A program made the translations under genes and the position numbers. Below, in pieces: positions 1-13,700 of a stretch of 64,000 nt of DNA (position 1 is its first letter; each line of letters starts with the position of its first letter). The stretch is taken from assembly GCF_036321535.1 (NCBI RefSeq), contig NC_087458.1, positions 7,812,001 through 7,876,000 on the forward strand, given 5' to 3'. The notes under the pieces are model-generated. The model was not told the origin of the DNA, ran no database searches, and saw only the letters and a program-made list of their open reading frames with translations. The DNA is from Camelus dromedarius (Eukaryota).

Positions 1-417
1 TCCTCAACAGTTACTCAATCTTGAAGTCCAGGAGTGGAGCCTCAGCCTATAGAAGGAAACAAGCCTACCTCTTTGGGAACCCAAGTGCAAACCTGGAGAT
101 GGACCATTAGTCCGTCCACTTCACCAAAAGGAGGGGGACCTCTAAGGCTGGGCTTCTGATCTTTATGGACAAGAGTCAAGAACAGCCTAGAAGGACTTCT
201 TTAAGGCTTTAGATGCACGCCCAACTACTGGGAATGGTAGGGCAGGAAGATGGAGCCCCCTCAAGAGCTCCTCCTCAAGCTCCCCAGCACTGTAGAAAGG
301 ACTCCAAGTGGCTTCGTGTGTGATGGGCCAATGAGGGTGGAGGCAGAGAGCCATGGGTGAGGGGAGAGGGCAAAGTGGGAGAAGGCTGGAACTCTAGAGA
401 GAGGACAAAGATCCTTC

Positions 418-455
418 TCTTTCTTTCTTTCTTTTTTTTTTTTTTTTTTTTTTTG
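418..455. repeat. (CTTT)n / poly-T tract
   Basis: T-rich run. Confidence 0.9.
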
Positions 456-939
456 CTTTTGTAGTAGCAACAGGAAGATAATCTAAGCCTGGTACAGAGG
501 CACAGACAGAACCTGGTAGGAGGGGCTTTTCCTGTGATGAGGCTGTTACTGGGGTGGGGCAAGGGGGCTTTTGTTACCATTCGTTCCACATTTCTGCACA
601 GACAACTTGTAACTTCTCCTTACCTGCTGTGCGGTCCCAGGAGGGATATCTAGACCTGCCTTTGGGGGGATTCCTATCTCTCCCATCAAACTGGGGGATC
701 TGCAAAGGCAGGAGCTGTTCCTTACTTCTCCACCTACCCTGGGTCCTAAGCACACTCAAAGTTGGACACATCAGCTCTTGGTGAGAGAAAAGGGCTCAAG
801 AAAGCCAGACAACTTCTCCAAGGCCCCAGATGGTAAGCTGTGAGCTGGTGTGACTTTGGGCCTTGCTAACTGTTGAAAGCCATGAGACCCGCACAGACAG
901 ACACTTGCACAGACAGAGGAGGGAAGTCAGATAGTTTAC

Positions 940-1009
940 CTAATGTCCTGTAGTCATCCCGGGCTTTCCTGGCTCGGAAAAATGCCTGGATCTTCACAAC
1001 AGCGTTCAC
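940..1009 (-). CDS. IQGAP3: IQGAP3 exon 22 (IQ4)
   Basis: VNAVVKIQAFFRARKARDDYRTL; donor GTAAAC. Confidence 0.95.
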
Positions 1010-1658
1010 CTGCCATGAACACAGATGGGAAGAGGGTTGCTGGCTGCCTGTGCCCTGGTCTCATAGATAAAGGTTGGGTATGGGGACAGAGGGAATGGGA
1101 TGACGCTCACATTTTTCTGGAAGTAGCCCAGACGCCTCCGGTATCGCCTCCGAGCTGCCCACATCCGGGCCCAAGCCTGGATCTGGGGGCAGAGACACAC
1201 TGCCTCAGAACTCCAGCCTCAGGGCCCCGCCTTCAGACCCAGGCCCATTCACCACCTCTAAGGGTCACAGGAGGTGAGAGGACTAAAACTTGTTCTCAGC
1301 AGGTCCTTCAAGAGACAGGACCCCACCCAAATCATGATAGCTACCTTAACTACAGCATCTGTGTTTGCTTTTAAATATTGCAACCGTTCCAGGTAAATCT
1401 TCCTCTGTCTGTAACCCCGCCAATGAGCCTGTGGATCAGGAGAGAAAAAGAGATAATCCAGCTGGTTCCCAATGGCCTAAGAATCTTGTGGGAAAAGCCT
1501 TGTCCTGGGCTTTCCAGGGAAGGTGGGGTGGGGAGGTAGGAAAGTAGAGGGGGAAGGGGAAACTGGCCCTGTTCTCAAAGAACTTCCAACTTCATGGGGA
1601 AAACCAGATGTCTGTGTGTAGCCAGTCATGCCCTCTGCCACACTCCCTGGTCCCAGCA

Positions 1659-1709
<51 letters not shown>

Positions 1710-4700
1710 TAACACACACCATGCTATCAAACATACACATTCATGCCAACCAAACCTTCTCACAGAAACAACTGTTAAGATACAAGCTTAAAAGATACAC
1801 AGCATGCACTATATCCCCCTACAGTACACGCGTCCACCCATGTAGACTACCCACACAGTACCACACACCCCATAGTTTGGAGAGGCACGTGGTGGCATGG
1901 ATGGAAAGTGTGTGCGGGTAAAGTCATGTGCCCACCATCTCTGCCAATGGCCATCTGGGCAGCAGCTCATTAATCTCTCATAACTCACACTGCTCTTTAC
2001 AAACTACACCACTCAGTTCTGAACCCCAGCTCTAAGCAAACCTCCCCTCCAAGGTCCCCAGTACTTCAGCTGTCAGGCTGATGGCCTCTCCCCCATGACT
2101 AGTCTGCTGCAAAGAGTCTAAATGACCATCTCCTCCATAAATTATGCCCACTTTGGTCTCTACTAAGACTCAAAACTCATGGCTCCCTTCCATTTTGGTC
2201 TGCTTCCTAGGCACCCCCTCCCTTTCATCCGAAGCTTGTGTGAGATTAATTTTCCTAAAATACCACTCGGATTATGTTTCTCTCAGCCCCAAAGTTTCCA
2301 GAAGTTGTCAGCCATCAGATCCCATACGCCCATCTGACTGTCTACTAGGCCCTACTTCCTTCAGGACTTTAGCCACATCAGACATTTCACTTTCTTCTAA
2401 ACATGATGACTTGTGATCTTCTGCCTCTGAATCTTTGTCAATGCCCACCCTCACCCACCTCTACCTTCTAAATCCTGTCTTTCAGGGCACACATGAAACA
2501 TCTCCTGGGTGCTCAGGCCCTGGAGGACACTGTACCGCTGACATTGTCATGGTCTGGTACATTAAGAGTGTCCCCTTTCAGCCAACTGTCCTCCCAGCCC
2601 TTCCTAAAGCCAGCTCTCCTGGCCAGGCTTTCTCCTAAGACTTACACTGTCCCTGTTTGGAACGGATATAAAAGAGGCAGCTTGGCCCCATGAGACCAGC
2701 TGTCCATCTTGGAGCCTAAGGGCCAGGAAGCCCCAGTTCTGTGCCTTTCCTCAGCACTCCCTGCCCTCTCTCTCCAGGTACTTCCTGACATACCTAGACA
2801 GATGATGTAGGGAAAGGCAGAGGGGTCTCTTCTCTGCTCTTATTAGTGGCCCATCCCCAAGTGGCTTCCCCTTAAAGAGGAGCCCTCCCAATCTGGATTG
2901 GTCAGAATTTAGGACCCTGACTGGGGTCCCAGCCAGATCAGAGCTCTCAGGAGAGACTGAAGTCTCGGCACATGCAAGCAGCTTCATTTTGGACTCTCAC
3001 TCCTTCCTGGCTGGAGAGCAGGTGGCCTGAGGCTCTGGGCCCCTCTCTCTTTCTCTGTATCCCACGACCCAGGCCATAGCCAACACAGCTCCAGTACTGG
3101 CAGCAAACGTGCCTCCTGACTCTATCCCTTCTCCCACTGTTGGTGTGGCTTTTCAGCTCCTTCGAGTTGGTGGGAAATTCCAAGCTGGGCTCAGGAGGGA
3201 GGAATCTCTATGATTCAAATCACTAAATGCTGATTACCAAGGTTCTGTATTGAGTTCTGGGACCAATGCCCTGAAATTTAACATCTCCTAATGGCTCCCA
3301 CCAATAGAGCACTTACTGCGCTAAGTGCTACGTGTAATTTTCCTACTTCACCTTCACAGTCAACATGAGGTGAGTGCCATCATTATGAATGAGGAAATGG
3401 AGAGTTGTAGACAGCTTAGGTAAGGTACCAGAGGTCGTATGACCCAGAAGTAGTAGGACCAAGAGGCAAACTGCAGCCTCTGACTCCAAAGTCCGAGCTC
3501 TCAATGACCAGCACATGTGCCAGATCATAACTGAGGGCAATTTGCCAGTCTCAGTCTGTGCTTCCGTCTCCCTTAGGGTTTCTGGGTTTATCTTAGTGTC
3601 TCTACCATCACAACGGCTAAAATCAACTGTACTCCAGTTCCTTTGACAGGAGAGATGTAATCACATATGTGTGTCTCTCACAGCCCTCTCCCTTGCCCAG
3701 TGCCAAGTGGCATCCTTTGCAGATACTGGGCATTTGGAGGTGTTCATTAAGTAAAGTCTTTTTACACTGCCAACATCACCACGAGACCCTCCAAGTCACA
3801 TCTGCCTGAGGAGGGCTCTGCCTGCTCAACTCCTAATGTTGCTGGCTTGTAAAGTGCCTGGGCCCGAGGCCTATCTTCCCAGATGGCCTCATGTCCCAGT
3901 TACTTGTGGGCCAATCCCACAGGCTACACTGGACCATCCAGAGGCTGGAAGAATAAAAATGGAAAGAGCTGGCTGGAGTGAACAGGTAAAAGTTCTTCCC
4001 TAAGGGACTCCACCCCTTTTCTGTTTAACCCCCACCACCTCTTCACTGCTTCTTTTTCAGTCAGGAGGTCCTCCTGGTGTCTAAACCCTGAAGGCTCGCT
4101 ACATCTTATTCCACTCTCCCCATGGGCAAGCTGAAAAGCAGCTCTCACACTCTCTGGATAGTGATGATGATGACAGTGACTAGCACTTATACCATGCTCT
4201 TGCCTATCTGCCAGGCACTCTTCAGATGTATTTTAGATTTTACCTCATGACAACCTCTAAGGTGGGTGCTACAATCTTCAGATTCTGTTTTCAGATGAGG
4301 AAACTGGGAGAGAGTAAGTAACTTGTCGAGGTCATGCAGCTAACTTGGTGGAACAGGGATTCAAACCCAGGTAGTCTGGGCACCAGAATCCATGCTCTTA
4401 ACCACTCTTGTTGAGAGGCCAAAAGATCATCCCAACCCCACTCAGCAAAAAAGAAGTAGGGAGGAAACCCCGAAGCTCAGAAAAGTCCAGGCCGTGAAGT
4501 CTCAGACAGCCAGAGCCTGCCACCTGGATCTTGACGACTGCTGGGAGCCAGGTCCTCAGAAAGCGAGAACGTTCAGCAAACTTCTGCCGAACCAGGAAGC
4601 CACGGAGGTGAGCCTGGAGCCGGATGATGAAGCCCACGTTAGCCTTCCAGAGCTGTTGGCGGTCATAAGCGGCGGTGACCTTGGTGATGGCTGACTGTGG

Positions 4701-7700
4701 AGGTAGGAGAGAGGGCCTGTGATGTCCTGGTAGGCGGGAGCCTCTCCCGCAAGAAACCTCCCATCCATGAACCCCATTCCTCCTTTACAGGGACCCTGTC
4801 AACCTGGATCTCCTCCCGAGTCAGGTGGGAGGTGTTGAGGCGGCAGCCAGTGGGTCGCTCCCAGGTCCCCTGGAAGGTCTGCAGATGGAAGTAATAGGCG
4901 GTGCCATCCTTCATGTCATGTTGAACCCAGAGTGCTGTATCCCCTAAGCAGAATCCAAGTAAGCAGAGAAGGCTCAGAGGAGGCGAGAGGTGGCAGGGGC
5001 AGGCAGGGTAGCGGAGGGTCAGGGTAGGGCTATTACCTGGACGCCGCTTCTTTGCTACGGTATCTTCTAGGGCTCGTTGGTAGCCATGGGCACACTCGGG
5101 AACCACCCCTCGGAGGGCCACAGTGGGGTTCCTTAACACCCGCTCCGTCTGAGCTGCCTTGCCCTCCTTGATGGCTTGATTGATGGCAGCCACGCCGAGA
5201 GCCACTAATAGGGGTATGAGGAGGAAGTGGTCAGTCTTTCCCTGGGCCCCTCCCATGGGTCCTATCCTGTCTATCGGGGAGGGATTCAGAGAAGAAGGCC
5301 ACAAAACCATTCTGGCTGAGAAGAAGGACAGGGACATCCCAGGACAGACAGACACAGATGAAAAGAAGCAACAGGAAGCTGGGCTTGGAGGAGAAGGTAG
5401 TAGTCAAGGAAGGCTTCCTGGAAGAAGGCAGTGTGGGGCTGGGCTTTCCTTTGTAAAAGGAAAGTCAGAGCACAGAAGCTCCATGGCAGGATATGGTCAG
5501 AGAACCTAAGGCAGTTTCTTAGGAGGAGAATAAAGTCCAAGAAGTGGGGGGAGTTGATGTAGTACCTGCCTTGCAGTCACTCACAGACGGAGGAACAGAG
5601 GGACTCCAGACACTGAGAACTAACACCATCAGCACCCCATACCAGAATACCAGTGTCTATTTGCATTGACCCTGCCTACTTTTCCTTAAAGCCAATCCCT
5701 CTTGTCCAACTGCAAGACTAAACATTCTCTAACCAGAGTTGATTGTTAGAACTCAGACTCAAGCTACCAGTGAAAAATGGGATGGATTTTTGGCCCCCAC
5801 CTGACTTCACATGCTCACATTGTGGGAGGAAAGTGCCCACAGAAAGGCACAGAAGGAGGCAGTGGGTGGACTTTGGGCTCTGGACTCCTGAGGATTTCCT
5901 GCCCAGCTGACTGCTAGGAAATTCATCCTACAGTCCAAGCAGCAACCCTCCCGTTCTCAATCTGGCCTGCCTCCCCACAGAGGTTGAAATGGAGAGGGAG
6001 GTGACTGGGGAGACCACCTGATTGTCTGGGCTCCCGCTGAGTCCACATCTCTTTGCCTCCCCCAACCCCTCCTCCTCCACTTCTGCCCTCTGCATCCCCG
6101 GTCCATTTACTTTTCTGAGCTGTGTCTGTGTCCTGGTTGGCTCTAACCACTTCCTGGCGGATTTCTTCCAGCCACAGCACAGCTCCAGGATCCCCTGTCA
6201 CCTGGTAAATTGAGAGAGGTGGGATAAGATGAGAGCCCAGGCTGGTCTCCCCAGGTTCCCAGGCCCAGCTGCCCAGTGGAGCCGAACTGCAGGCTGACAT
6301 TGGGAGCCACAGGGATAGCGGTCTCCACTCCCCTCTGCCTACCCTGCATAGGCATGGCCTTGTGGCTTCCTTGGATTGCTGCCAGGCTCACAAGGTTCTT
6401 TCCCACCTTGCTTTCAGGCCCAAGCATCAACTCAGCTTGGCCACAGCACCCCAGAACCCTCTTAAACTCTCAGGATCCACCACCCTCTCAACAGCTCATC
6501 TCCCTGCCCTTGAGCCTCAGCCATGTCCAGGGAGAGCCCACAGTGGAGGCTCCACCTACCTGTGCCTCCTCCCCGTTTCCCCACGCCTCAACTCAGTTTC
6601 TCAGGCTGACCCTGACCCTGAACCTCCACCTTCTCCATTCCATTCCTCTCCACACTCCTCTGCTGTACAAGGCAGTGCAAAGATGGCACATGACAACAGG
6701 TCAAGTGAGCCTGTGCCTGCCACAGTCAGGCTTGTTCCCTCCCTTGTCTCACCTGACCCCAACCCCAGACTCTACTCTCTCCCAACTCCCCTCATTAACA
6801 GAGTGAACTTTCTAAGCTAACATTTTATTGAGTGCTATGTTCATGGGCAGTATTCTAAAGCACCTTCTTATGACCTAACATTTAAAAAGCACATAAGACA
6901 ATGCTTGGCACAGACTGAGAACTCAGTCAGCAGTAGCTAGTACTTTTGTCATATTATCTCACTTAAAGCCTGTGACTCTGAGATACATTCATTATTATCA
7001 CAAGCTTGTAGGGGAGGAAACTGAGGCCCAGGGAGGCTAAGTAACATGTGCAGGGTCAGGGTGCCAGGGGGCAAACTCTACTCTGGCTCAGGAGTCCTAG
7101 CCCTTGAACACTCTCCACGCTGCCACCTGCTCCGGGCGTTACAGGTTCAAAAGCCTGCTACAGCCTTCAACTCACTTGACTTTTACCCCCACTCCACTAG
7201 GTAGGTAGGACCAGGGCATGTAGTATTTTACAGTTGTCTAAGGAGAGCTCAGGGACATTAGGGATTTGCTGTTAAGTCCCATGGTCAGTAGTGTCAGAGC
7301 TCCCAGACCTGTGCCCTTTCCATGCTCAAGGACCCCACAATTCTCTCTGTGTTGTTAACCAGAGCTCTGCCCTTCTTCCCCCATGGCCAGATCAGAACCC
7401 CTCCTGCCTCCCACCCCGAGAAGGGACTATGTCTATCAGATTGGCTTTCCCAGGGTGCATACTGGGCACAGCTCTACCCACGGGGATATTCTTACTGCTC
7501 TGTGACCAACCCAGCCAGCCCAAACCTCACCTGGGCCTTCTGCCTTTTGGCCACCACGAGGAGGAGATGGTACCGAGGGGCAACAGGAAGGCTGACATCG
7601 TCCAGGGCAGCCGCGGGAAGCAGAAGCGAGGATAGGGTCTTCTCAGGGTTGTCCTGGTCCAGAGCCTCGTTGATGAGGCTGACCGCAAGGACCTCTGGGA

Positions 7701-10700
7701 AAGAAAGATCTAGATGGGTAGAGGGTCCAGACTTACAGTTAAAAGATGGAGCTGTCAGAGTTGGGCGGTCTTCCCCCAGTCATGGACTCCACTCACGATC
7801 AGTCTCTTCCTGGACCTGGGCATTGACCTGGCTCACGGTGGCCTGCAGGTCATTCCAGCTCAGAAAGGCCCCATCCACTCCACGCACCTGTCGCAGCTTC
7901 ACCAGAGCATCAAAGTACCTGGCAGCAAGGTGAGCGAGAATGAGGGGAGTGGCACGGGCATGGTCAGCCAGAAGTCAGGGGAAACTTCTGAACTACTTTC
8001 CTCTCTTGACCTCTAGGACGTCACATTCTCCTGGTTCTCTTCTCACCTCAGAGGTTGTTCTTTCCAAGTCTCTTCTGCTGGTTCCCCCCTGACCGCTAAA
8101 CGTCGGAGCATCCCAAGGTTCAGTCTTCAGGCCTCTTCTCTCTCCACGCTCATATCCTAAGTGATCTCACCTAATCTCATGGCTTCAAGCAACATATTCT
8201 AATAACTCCCAAAAGTATGCCTGCAGCCCATTCATAAATGCCAGGTGCCTCCTCGGCGTGTCCATGTAAACACCTGACAATCACTTCAAACCCAGCAGCT
8301 CACATCTGAACTCTTGATTCCCCCAGTTGAACCTGTGCCTCCCAGTCTTTCCCATCTTGGTAAATATTCACTTCAGCTTCTCAGGCCAAACATCTTGGAG
8401 TCATACCCGACTCCACTCTCTCTCATGCCCCATGTCCACTACATAACCAAATCCTGTCAGTTCAGCTTTCAGAATGCATCCAAAATCGGGACTCCTTTTC
8501 ACCCCCTCCACTGCTATCGCCCTAGGCCAAGGCTCCATCATCTCTTGCCTGGGTTACTCCAAAAGACACTTGTCAGGTCTCCCTGCTTCTTCCCTTCTAA
8601 CCCTGTGTTGATTCTTGGCACAGCAGCCAGAGTGATCCTGTTAAAAGTAGGTCAGATCATTTCCCTCCTCGCTCAAAACCCTCCCGTGGCTTCCTTCCTC
8701 ACTCGGAGTAACAGCCTATATGATCTGGCCTCTGCTACTTCATCTCTCATTATTCTCCCTCCCTCCCTCCACTCTGTCTCATGGCTTCCTGGTGTTCTTT
8801 GAACACACCAAGGATGCCTCTTTTCCAAGGCCTGTGTCCCAGATAGCTCATGGCAATCACCTATGCGCTTTAGGTCTCTCTCAAAATGACCCCCTTACCA
8901 AAGAGTCCTTCCACAGCCACACTATGTAGCAGAGACAAACTGTCCCTACCCTATCCCCACCCTTTATCCCCTTTGCCCTGTTTTATTTTTCACCATAGCT
9001 CTTCTTCTGTTCTAATCACTTGACATGTTTGCTTTTTGTCTGTCTCCCTCTACTAGCACACAAGTTAGATGAGCACAGAAACTGTGTTTTGTTCCCTGTT
9101 GTCTCCCAGCACCTAAAATAGTATCTGGCACGTGAGTGGGTACTCAAACTTTTCTGATAGGAGAGTGAATAAATGGAGGAAAGGGGAATGACTGTGAACC
9201 CGCCCACTCCCAGGAGAAATACAGGCCAAGGAAATGTGAATAGACCCAAAGGGTGGGCCTGAGACCAAGGGCACCATGCATGAAGCTAGTCTCAAAGCAC
9301 AAGAACCTGGAGTCTAGGCTACCTTCCCTACATTACGCATCCCCTCCCTCAGCCTTTCTAAACCTTTCTCACCGCTGAGCATTCTCTCCTTCCACCTCTG
9401 CCAGACCCGTGGCAGGATTCACCAGACTGCTCCAGAAGCCGCTGGCATCTCTGGACTCCAGAGCATGGTTAATCAGGACCACAGCTGAGAGCATCTCCAC
9501 GGCCACGAAGAGCTCTTCCTGGCCAAGCTCCTACAACAGAGGGAGGGCTGATTCTCCAGCGGGCTGGTGAACGGCCTCAGGGCCTACTTGCCATCCTGCC
9601 CCTAAGACTCTCCAATATCCCAGAGTCTCTATCTCAAAACCCCCATGGCCTAATTCACTCACTAATAATTAATCCTACTTAATACTCGAGAATGGTTACC
9701 ATGCTCAATGTGTAAGTACTTCACGCACATTCATTTAATTTTCATTAACAAGCCAAAGAGGTAAGCACCATTAATATCCCCATTTCACAGATGAATCCAT
9801 AGTCAAGTAATATAAGTTATACCTAATTGCCTGATACGGGAGCCCACACTCAACCAGTGAGTTCTGCCTGCTCCTCTCTGGTCCTACCGCACATCAAGAA
9901 CTGCTCTAGGCCCTGGGCACGCAGAGAGGGAGCTAAAGTGGGCCCCTCTGTGCTGCACCACACACCCCAGAGGCTCCGGCCCCTTCCATGCCCAGTCTTC
10001 TCCTCCTTTTCAAACATTTGCTTATGCTATTACCTGTCTGGAGCACCCTTCCTGTCCTCTACAAACAGAATGCTGCAAATAATACTAGTAGTAGTAGTAA
10101 TAATAATAATAATAATGATAATAATAATAATGATGATAATAATAATAATAAATAACTAAAACTTTCATGCCAGGCTCATTTCCAAACACAACTCATTTAA
10201 TCCTTAAACAATCCTATGAGATGAATACATTATTGTTCCCATTTTCTATATGAATTGAGGGGCAGAGAAGGTAAACAACTTGCCCAAAGTCACAAGCTGG
10301 GAAGTAGTAGAGCTGAAATTTCACTCAGGTGGTCTGGCTCTAAAGTCCACAGCCTCAGTCGCTCTGCTTTACCTCAGGACTGATTTTATGCTTCCTTGTA
10401 CTACAGGCTCAGACATCGAGACTGAGCCCTTCTTGAGGGTCGTGCCTTCAGCTGATGCTCTGTAAATGCCTGCTGTGGGTGAGGACTCTCTGTTGAATCT
10501 TTCTTCCAAGAAGCCTTCCCAGACTTGCCCTAGCTCTGCTCCCTCCATTTCCCTAGTTTGAAGGCATCTTCCATTTGCATCACTAACTCCTCCCTCCCTA
10601 TATTTCTGCCTGGACTCTCGGGTGAATTCTAACTCCTTCAACAGGCTGGGGAGTCCCAGTGTGGGGTGGGGGGCTATCACCTCACTGTCAGAGAAGCTGT

Positions 10701-13700
10701 ACAGACTGGGGCAGGTGGGACAGCAGAGTGGTTAAAAGCATAGGCTTCAAGTACATTCAGCTTTCTATGCACTCCCAGCTCTAGCTGTTTTGGACAATTT
10801 GTTTCCTCATCTCTAAAATGGAAAGAATAATACTTACCCAGTAGGGTTCTTTTTAGGATTAAATGAGTGTTTAAAGCAGTGTTTGGTCAAAGGTTTTTGC
10901 TGTTACAGTATACTCAGGATGGCAAGGATGGTAGCCTACTTCTCACCCCTAATCTTTTGCTAGCATCTAAGAGGACCCTCAGGGGGCACTCTAGACTGAC
11001 TGCTCTGATCCCTTCAGCTGCTTGGGAACCTGAGAGCTGGACCCTCACTTCTAGGGCTTACCCCCTGCCGCTGCCGCTGGAGCACTGCCAGCTCCTGCTG
11101 GTACACAGCCGAGGCAAAAGGGTACACTGGAGGCAGCTGGGCTTCAGGGCACATCAGCTCCCTCACAGTGTCAGCGGCCACTCCCCTCTGGATGGCTTTG
11201 TTGATCCTCTGCACAGCCTGGAGCACTGCAGGGGAGGAGGGAGAGGCTGGTCAGGCGTGGCGTCCAGTGCCATTTCTACTTTCCTGGCTAACTAGTTCTG
11301 CTGGGGATCTCTGAGGAGAAATGGATTTATAATTGTTTTTTTGTTTGGTCAGTTTGTTTGTTTTGGGGAGGAATTAGGTTTATTTATTTTTAACGGAGGT
11401 ACTGGGGATTGGACCCAGGACCTCACGTATGCTAAGCATAGTACTCTACCACTGAGCTATACCCTCCCCTCCATAACTGCTCTTAAAAACTGTTTTGCTA
11501 GGTTCAAAATGCGTTTCTAAATGTTCAGGAGGAAAAGGGGCTGGTTCGCTTTAAGAAGAGGCTCCGGAAGAAGCAATTTGTCAGGCCTAGAAGTTGAGTG
11601 GCTCAGCAGGTAACATGGAGGGGCTGTCATAGCAGAGGTGAGTTCCTAAGGTGGTGAGCACAAGATTGACAGGAGGCTATGGTACGCAACTAAGATGAGG
11701 TTAGTCAGGGGGCTCCACGGACCAAATCTTGACGACAGCACAGAGGAATAAGGAACTAGCTCCAAGGTAGAGCCATTTGGGCTGAAAAGGGAAGGAGTAA
11801 GCTAAAAAGGGGCCATGGTGCATCAGTGTGGTTTTAGTTTTCAGATGCTGAGGCTTATAAAATGCCAAGCAGATATGGGCATTGACAACAAGGAGCACAA
11901 AAACCACTGGGGAAAAATAAGGATACAAAATTACCCACACTGCATTGCTGTCATTGCTGTGAAGGGTACTTCCCTTCCCCCAGATGCTCCGGCAGTGCAG
12001 GGAGGAGGGATTCTAGGCGGAGGGAGTGGGAACATTTCGCAGAGGAGAAAGCATGTGAGGCAGCTCTGCAGGATATCTTCATCTGATTTCCATGGGGGGA
12101 AATGTGGGACAACTGTAATCCAGAGCCCCAGAGGCCTGGCAGTGGGCAAGGCTGGAGGCAGTCAAAGAGGAACAAGTCGTCTGACTTGGCTGGGTTGGTG
12201 GAGTGTGAAGAGAAGGGTTCAGGGAGACACTCGGAAGGTCTCACCTACCATGCTGAGGAGACGGGACTAAAGTCTAGGAGAAATATGGAAGAATCCATGA
12301 AGCTCTGAAGATGTTCAACAAAGCAGATAAGATCAGATCTGGGCTTGAGAGATTACTCTGGCAACAGGAATGAACTGAGCGATAAGGCAGGTAGTTAGTC
12401 AGGAGTGGCCTGGGGGCTCCGCGGGCTAGAGCCGGAGAGCTGTACCAGACAAAGGTGAAGGGTTACTGAGCAAGTCCGGACGGAGGCAGGCATTTGTGCC
12501 AGGGGCGGGGCCCACAGGCTGCTGCAGGGCAGCCTGGCACTCTACTTCACATCACCCTCATTATCCAGGTTGATCCCCTAGCAGGGAGACAATCACAAAC
12601 TCACATTCTTTTAATAAAGAATTATATTTGTATAGCATGTTTTTAAGTGCAACTGAGCTGGATCGTGGGTTTCTCCCTTATCTGGGTAATCACTGTACTT
12701 CAGAAGCCAAAGGAACTCAAGCAGCTTGAAATGGTCAAAATACAGGGGGAGTGCCTAGAAGGAAACTGCCTGTCCCAGAGTCTGGCCTGGTGTGGTACGT
12801 ACTATCATTATCTCCAAGGCCTTAATGAACTTCTCAGTAGCATCCCCCTGGGCAACCAGGTATAGGGCACACTACATGAGGGGCTGGAAAATCAGGTAGC
12901 AGTCTGCATTGCTCTGCACAGAAGCCATCAAAGGGGTTACATGCTCTCCCAAGATCCAGTGATACACCTAGGCCAGGTCTCAGCCTGGAGATGACTTACT
13001 GGCTTGCTCCTGATCACCCTTTATGTTGGCTGCGGCCACACCAGCTTGGACCTCCTCCTTTTCCAGAAGCTCCACCAGGCCTAGCTCCTGAAAGAGGGAA
13101 GAATTGCAGCAGAAGAGTCCTTCTGGGGCCATGAACATGCCTCAGGAGCTGCCAACATGAGCTCCCAGGTCTACTCAGTCACCTACCCTCAATCCCACCT
13201 CTTCCCTTTAGGCATACTAGCCTAGCTCACTCATCCCTATGAACCCATCTCTAACCTCTGACTTTTTCTTACCCAGCAAACATCTGAAAGAACATAGGCA
13301 ACACAAGTATAAATAGTGTCCGGGAAAAAGTCAACAGCACTGAAAATAAGATGGCTAAGTTGAGGCCCCAATTCAGTAACGGGGGAGCATATCACTGCCT
13401 ACTGGACTGCCCCTGGGTTCCCCCAGTCAGTATAAGAGATGCTTAGAGGGCAGAAGCTGATTAGTTTGGTCCATTAGGCTTTGGGGTAATTTAACCATTT
13501 AAATATGTAGTCAGCACTTACTGAATACAAAGAATTGACAGTGGTGATGCTTAAATAAGGTCCCCCTCCCCCCATCCTATAGTCAGATGGAGGAGGTAGC
13601 AGGTCTTAGAGCCTGACCTGTGCTTTCTGCTCTCTGTCTGAGCTCAGTTGTTCCAGGTACCAATCAGCAAAATCTCTCCTCACTCCTTGCAGGGCCAGGG

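Noticed and set aside
1-939. Search for IQGAP3 exon 23 (VHAPHPP...)
   Set aside because: No matching peptide was found; the gene continues beyond the left edge. The poly-Lys ORFs at 261-589 come from the poly-T tract.
4663-5355. 230-aa ORF
   Set aside because: IQGAP3 exons 17-18 plus intron read-through; only the 3n intron is noted as a finding.
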